Below are positions 56,199 to 60,896 of a stretch of DNA of 60,896 bases, one piece after another (position 1 is the stretch's first letter; the number at the start of each line of letters is the position of its first letter). The notes beneath the pieces were generated by a model. That model was not told where the DNA came from, did not search any database, and saw only the letters and a list, made by a program, of their open reading frames with translations. Source of the DNA: Planctomycetota bacterium (GTDB taxonomy: Bacteria; Planctomycetota; PLA2; JAEUHO01); contig JBFWRP010000014.1 in assembly GCA_050248855.1 (NCBI GenBank), positions 1 to 60,896 on the forward strand, given 5' to 3'. Both the position numbers and the translations under genes were made by a program.

Positions 56199-59033
56199 AT
56201 GACCGCACCCGAGGTCCCCACCGTCGACGCGCCGCCCCGCACGGTCACCCTGCGGCTGGACGGCCGCGAGGTGACCGTGCCCGAGGGCACCACGATCTGG
56301 GACGCGGCCCGCCAGCAAGGGCTCGAGATCCCCGTCCTCTGCCACGACCCGGCGCTTCGGCCCGTCGGCGTCTGCCGCATGTGCGTGGTCGAGGTCGAGG
56401 GTGCGCGGACCTTGCAGGCGTCCTGCGTGCGGCCCTGCGAGAACGGCATGGTCGTCCACACGGACAACGACGTCGTCCGCCGCAACCGCAAGGCCCTGAC
56501 CGAGCTGCTCCTCTCCGACCAGCGGGCCACGAGCGCGCGCGAGACGACCACGGCCGACGACGAGCTCATGGCCTTGGCCCGGCGCTTCGGCGCCGACGCC
56601 CAGTGCTGGCCCGCCGGCAACGGGCGTCCCGAGGACGACTCGTCCCCGGTGATCGCCGTCGACCACCAGGCTTGCATCCTGTGCGACCGCTGCATCCGCG
56701 CCTGCGACGACATCCAGGGCAACCTCGTGATCGGCCGCACGGGCAAGGGCTACGAAGCGCGCATCACCTTCGACATCGACCTGCCCATGGGCGACTCGAC
56801 CTGCGTCGAGTGCGGCGAGTGCGTCAGCGCCTGCCCGACGGGCGCCCTGGTCAACAAGCCGATCACCGAGCCGCTGCGCCCGCGCACGGAGCTCAAGGCC
56901 GTCGATTCGGTCTGCCCCTACTGCGGCGTGGGCTGCGCGCTCACGTGGCGCGTCGACGAAGAGGCCAACCGCGTCGTCTACGCCGACGGCCGCGACGAGG
57001 GCGCCAACGAGGGCCGCCTCTGCGTCAAGGGCCGCTACGGCTTCGACTACGCGACGCATTCCCAGCGCCTGACCAAGCCGCTCATCCGCCGCGAGGACCA
57101 CTACCCCAAGCGCCCGCTCACCTACGACATGGCCACGGGCGGCGACGGCCGGCGGCGCAAGCGCGTCTACGAAGACTACGAGCAGGCGCTTGGCGCGTTC
57201 CGCGAAGCGACGTGGGAGGAGGCCCTGGACCTCGTCGCCAAGAAGCTGTGCCACGCCCGCGACACGCACGGGCCCCGCGCCATGGCCGGCTTCGGCAGCG
57301 CCAAGTGCAGCAACGAGGAGGCCTACCTCTTCCAGAAGATGGTGCGCGCCGCCTGGGGCACCAACAACGTGGACCACTGCACGCGGCTTTGCCACGCCTC
57401 CAGCGTGGCCGCGCTCCTGGAGACGATCGGCTCGGGCGCCGTCACCACGGTCTACGCCGACATCCGCAACAGCGACGTGGCGCTGGTCACGGGCTCCAAC
57501 ACCACCGACAACCACCCCGTGGCCGCGACCTTTTTCAAGGAAGCCGCGCGCCGCGGCACCAAGCTGATCGTGGTCAACCCGCACCGCCCGGCGCTCGCCG
57601 ACCACGCGTGGGAGTACGTACGGCTGGCCAGCGGTTCGGACGTCACCTTCTACAACGCGCTCATGCACGTGATCCTCGAGGAGGGCCTCGAGGACCGGGC
57701 GTACATCGAGAAGTTCACGGAGAACTTCCCGGCGCTCCGCGAGATGCTCCAGCGCTACACGCCGGAGGTCGCCGGCCCCGTCTGCGGCATCGAGCCCGAG
57801 CGCATCCGCAAGATCGCCCGCGTCATCGGCAACGCGAAGGCCATGATCGTGTTCTGGGGCATGGGCATCTCGCAGCACGTGCACGGCACGGACAACGCGC
57901 GCTGCCTGATCTCGCTCTGCCTGCTCACGGGCAACGTGGGCCGCCCGGGCACCGGCCTGCACCCCTTGCGCGGACAGAACAACGTGCAGGGCGCCAGCGA
58001 TGCCGGCTTGATCCCGATGGTCTTCCCCGACTACCAGCCCGTGAGCGACCCCGCGATCCGCGCGCGCTTCGAGAAGGCCTGGGGGCGCACGCTCGACCCC
58101 AAGCCCGGGCTCACGGTGGTCGAGATCGCCCACGCGGCCGCCGCCGGCACGCTCAAGGCCATGTACGTCATGGGCGAGAACCCCTTCTTGTCGGACCCCA
58201 ACGTGGCGCATGCCCGCGAGGCGTTCTGCAACCTCGAGTTCCTGGTCGTGCAGGACATCTTCCTCACCGAGACGGCCGAGGTGGCCGACGTGGTGTTGCC
58301 CGCCACGAGCTACTTCGAGAAGACGGGCACGTACACCAACACCGATCGCCGCGTGCAGCTCGGCCGCACGGCGCTTGAACCCCCGGGGGAAGCGCGTCTG
58401 GACTGGCAGATCCTCTGCGACGTCATGACGCGCATGGGCTACCCGCAGCACTACGACGACATCGAAGACGTGTTCCGCGAGTTCGTCAACAGCACGGAGA
58501 GCTATCAGGGCCTGGCATACGAGCACTTGACGGGCCGTGGCAAGCTCTGGCCGTGCCCGGATCCCGAGCACGACGAGGGCATCGTGGTGCTCTTCGGCGA
58601 AGGCTTCCCGACCAAGAGCGGGCGGGGTCGCTTTTCGCCCGCCGAGACCATCCCGCCGGCCGAGCTGCCCGATGCCGAGTACCCGATGATCCTCAACACG
58701 GGCCGGGCGTTGCAGCATTGGCATACGGGGACGATGACGCGCCGGGCCAAGGTCCTCGACACGATCAACCCCGAGGCGCGCGCCCAGGTCCACCCCGACG
58801 ATCTCGCCCGCCTGGGCGTCGAGAGCGGCGAGCTCGTGCGCCTCGTGTCGCGTCGCAACCACATCCAGGTGCGCGTGGAGGCCAGCACGGACACGGCGGT
58901 CGGCACGGTGTTCCTGCCATTCCACTTCCGGGAGGCCGCGGCCAACCTGCTCACCACCGACGAGCTGGACCCGTACGGCAAGATCCCCAGCTTCAAGTTC
59001 GCAGCGATCCGTCTGGAGAAGCTGACCCCATGA
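56199..59033 (+). CDS. fdhF: Formate dehydrogenase alpha subunit (Cys-type, Mo/W-bisPGD)
   Basis: 2Fe-2S motif (C, GVCRMC, C), two CxxCxxC ferredoxin motifs, CPYCGVGC, active site DHCTRLCH, LRGQNNVQGA. Confidence 0.93.
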   Translation: MTAPEVPTVDAPPRTVTLRLDGREVTVPEGTTIWDAARQQGLEIPVLCHDPALRPVGVCRMCVVEVEGARTLQASCVRPCENGMVVHTDNDVVRRNRKALTELLLSDQRATSARETTTADDELMALARRFGADAQCWPAGNGRPEDDSSPVIAVDHQACILCDRCIRACDDIQGNLVIGRTGKGYEARITFDIDLPMGDSTCVECGECVSACPTGALVNKPITEPLRPRTELKAVDSVCPYCGVGCALTWRVDEEANRVVYADGRDEGANEGRLCVKGRYGFDYATHSQRLTKPLIRREDHYPKRPLTYDMATGGDGRRRKRVYEDYEQALGAFREATWEEALDLVAKKLCHARDTHGPRAMAGFGSAKCSNEEAYLFQKMVRAAWGTNNVDHCTRLCHASSVAALLETIGSGAVTTVYADIRNSDVALVTGSNTTDNHPVAATFFKEAARRGTKLIVVNPHRPALADHAWEYVRLASGSDVTFYNALMHVILEEGLEDRAYIEKFTENFPALREMLQRYTPEVAGPVCGIEPERIRKIARVIGNAKAMIVFWGMGISQHVHGTDNARCLISLCLLTGNVGRPGTGLHPLRGQNNVQGASDAGLIPMVFPDYQPVSDPAIRARFEKAWGRTLDPKPGLTVVEIAHAAAAGTLKAMYVMGENPFLSDPNVAHAREAFCNLEFLVVQDIFLTETAEVADVVLPATSYFEKTGTYTNTDRRVQLGRTALEPPGEARLDWQILCDVMTRMGYPQHYDDIEDVFREFVNSTESYQGLAYEHLTGRGKLWPCPDPEHDEGIVVLFGEGFPTKSGRGRFSPAETIPPAELPDAEYPMILNTGRALQHWHTGTMTRRAKVLDTINPEARAQVHPDDLARLGVESGELVRLVSRRNHIQVRVEASTDTAVGTVFLPFHFREAAANLLTTDELDPYGKIPSFKFAAIRLEKLTP

Positions 59034-60256
59034 GAGCAAGGTCCCTGCTGCCGCTCGTGCTCGTCGCCGTTGTCGGAGTCGGCGGTCGCGCCGAGGCCAA
59101 GGACAAGCAGGAGGGACCCGAGCCGCGCTACCCGGCCTCGTTCCGGCAGGCCGTCGCCGAAGCGATCGAGCGCGGTGTCGCGCACCTCCGGAGGCTGCAG
59201 GCGAAGGAAGGCCATTGGGGCGACCCGGCCGACGCGCACGCGGTGGGCCACACGGCCTTGTCCCTGTTGGCGCTGCTCAAGGCCGGCGTGCCGCCCGATG
59301 ACGAGTCGGTCCTCCGCGGCCGTGCGGCGATCGCCAAGATGCAGCACACCAGCGTGTACAGCATGGGTTGCCACATGCTCGCGCTGCACGCCCTCCATGC
59401 CCCGCACCTGGACGGCCACGACACCGATGTCGGCGGGGACCGCTCCACCCGCAACGCCCCGGAGGCCATCGGGAAGCGCCTCTCGCCAGCGGATCGCGAG
59501 GCCCTGGAGAAGGGCCTGGCCTACCTGCTGGAGGCCCAGAACGCACGCGGGCTCTGGTACTACCACGTCCCCGAGGTGGCCACGAGCCGCGCCTTCGACC
59601 TCTCCAACACGCAGTACGCGATCCTGGGCCTGCGGGCCATTGCGGACTGCGGGCTGGACGTACCCACGGACGCGTGGCGTCGAGCGCTGCAGGGCTTGAT
59701 CGAGATCCAGGACGCCGCCGGCGACGAGGTCCGTCTCCAGCGACGCGAGGTGCGTGACGGGTACGTGTTCCTGGGTTCGGAGAAGGCCCAGGCACGACCG
59801 TTCCGCTACAAGGACGACCGCGCCGACGGTCCCCTGGGCGAGAAGACCGTCCCGACCGCGGCGGCCAGCGGCAGCATGACGACGGCCGGCGTCGCGTGCG
59901 TGGCGATCTGCATGGAAGGCCTCTGGCGCAGCCGACGCTTCTCGGGCAAGGACCGCAAGCGTGGGCAGGCGGCGATCCGCGACGGCCTGGCCTGGCTGCA
60001 GGAGAACTTCTCCGTCACGGAGAACCCGGGCCGTGGCGCCGACCATCACCGCTACTACCTCTACGGGCTCGAGCGCATGGGCATGCTCGTGGGCGTGCGC
60101 TGGATCGGCCCGCACGACTGGTACGAGCAGGGCGCGCGCTGGTGGCTGGAGACCCAGCACGCAGAGAGCGGCGGCTGGGGCAACCACGTGCGGACGGCGT
60201 TCGGCGTGCTGTTCCTGAAACGCGCGACGCTGCGCGCCGTCGCCGTCACCAAGTAG
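59030..60256 (+). CDS. Secreted prenyltransferase/squalene-cyclase-repeat (alpha/alpha barrel) protein
   Basis: ATGA overlap with the FDH stop; signal peptide; QW-like repeats LQAKEGHW and AQNARGLW; DLSNTQYAILGL, GSMTTAG, YYLYGLER, HDWY. Confidence 0.85.
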   Translation: MRARSLLPLVLVAVVGVGGRAEAKDKQEGPEPRYPASFRQAVAEAIERGVAHLRRLQAKEGHWGDPADAHAVGHTALSLLALLKAGVPPDDESVLRGRAAIAKMQHTSVYSMGCHMLALHALHAPHLDGHDTDVGGDRSTRNAPEAIGKRLSPADREALEKGLAYLLEAQNARGLWYYHVPEVATSRAFDLSNTQYAILGLRAIADCGLDVPTDAWRRALQGLIEIQDAAGDEVRLQRREVRDGYVFLGSEKAQARPFRYKDDRADGPLGEKTVPTAAASGSMTTAGVACVAICMEGLWRSRRFSGKDRKRGQAAIRDGLAWLQENFSVTENPGRGADHHRYYLYGLERMGMLVGVRWIGPHDWYEQGARWWLETQHAESGGWGNHVRTAFGVLFLKRATLRAVAVTK

Positions 60257-60265
60257 GCGACGGGC

Positions 60266-60721
60266 TCAGAACGTCTCTTCGATGGTCTTGCGGACGGCGT
60301 CGGGCAGCTTGCCCCGTCGTCCGCGGCGGAAGCGCTCGGGGCGATGACGACGTCGCCCCTTCGGCCAGAGCACCAAGATCAGCAGCACGACGACGGTGCC
60401 GATCGTGGCGCCGAGCACGTTGCCGAAGACGACGCGGAACCACGCGAAGATCAGCCCCGCGAAGATGAGGTGCGCCCACCACGTCGGCGAAGCCGGATGG
60501 GGGTTCCAGCGGCGACGCACCGGGGCCACCGGGCCGCTCGCCGCGCCGTCGTCCGGCCGGGCTGCTACCGCCGCTGCAGTCCGTTGGACATCCGCTTCGG
60601 CCGCAGCGACCGCCTCGCGACGCCTGCGCCGCGCATTGGGGAAGTCATGCCGACGGATGTGGACGAGGACTGGGCCCAGCCCACCGACGACGACCAACAA
60701 CAAGCCGAAGAGCCAGATCAC
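60266..60721 (-). CDS. Hypothetical membrane protein
   Basis: Three hydrophobic segments and a basic C-terminus; start codon uncertain. Confidence 0.55.
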   Translation of the reverse strand: MIWLFGLLLVVVGGLGPVLVHIRRHDFPNARRRRREAVAAAEADVQRTAAAVAARPDDGAASGPVAPVRRRWNPHPASPTWWAHLIFAGLIFAWFRVVFGNVLGATIGTVVVLLILVLWPKGRRRHRPERFRRGRRGKLPDAVRKTIEETF

Positions 60722-60808
60722 CCCTCCAGCATCACCTGCGGAGCCGGGTGAGACGACCCCCTCGCGAGTACGGGGTCGGGGATGGGAGTCGAGTACGAAG
60801 TCGCGAGT

Positions 60809-60896
60809 ACGGAGTCGGGTGAGATTCCACCCTCGGGCTGCCAAGCCCCCCCGCCGGCGAGAGTGCGGGGCGGCCCGAGGGTGGAATCTCACCCGA
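60809..60896. repeat. Hairpin element D, copy 3 (truncated by window end)
   Basis: Left arm 60809-60840, 30-nt loop 60841-60870, right arm from 60871; first 21 nt identical to copy 1. Confidence 0.9.

Noticed and set aside
57370..57400. Selenocysteine in the formate dehydrogenase active site
   Set aside because: The ligand codon in RLCH is TGC (Cys), and there is no in-frame TGA.
59030..60256. Terpene cyclase / secondary-metabolite role for the prenyltransferase-repeat protein
   Set aside because: It has a signal peptide, a single barrel and no DxDD motif, which fits the common secreted planctomycete-type family of unknown function.

Overview
Very GC-rich bacterial chromosomal window, probably from an uncultured Planctomycetota-like lineage. 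This is inferred from the DUF1800/DUF1501 pair, an ECF sigma next to a Ser/Thr kinase, and a secreted prenyltransferase-like alpha/alpha-barrel protein. It holds about 41 CDS and no rRNA, tRNA, cas, integrase or transposase gene. Ordinary content includes an SLC13 permease, an OmpR/histidine-kinase pair, M16, M24, S8 and Lon-like proteases, acyl-CoA enzymes, ettA, YgfZ, a PduO-type adenosyltransferase, an MFS transporter and ferritin. Five things stand out. (1) An unannotated 42-aa ORF with a good RBS lies directly upstream of a standalone HExxH enzyme and converges on an ATP-grasp-like gene, giving a candidate minimal RiPP locus. (2) A 54-aa lipoprotein ending in a W-x4-W-x4-W tail sits beside a secreted coiled-coil protein whose C-terminal domain resembles, by eye, the animal CTHRC1 globular domain. 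Both lie in an ECF/kinase/Kelch block. (3) Three copies of a 94-nt hairpin element keep a fixed 32+30+32 geometry with covarying arms. One copy supplies the stop codons of two convergent genes. (4) Four co-oriented, modular REP/BIME-like arrays are present. (5) A probable tungsten-enzyme cluster contains MoeA-PBP, a MobA-MoaD fusion, an aldehyde:ferredoxin oxidoreductase, and a formate dehydrogenase alpha subunit that lacks one Fe-S motif and has no adjacent beta subunit. All family calls come from motif recognition; no database searches were run.
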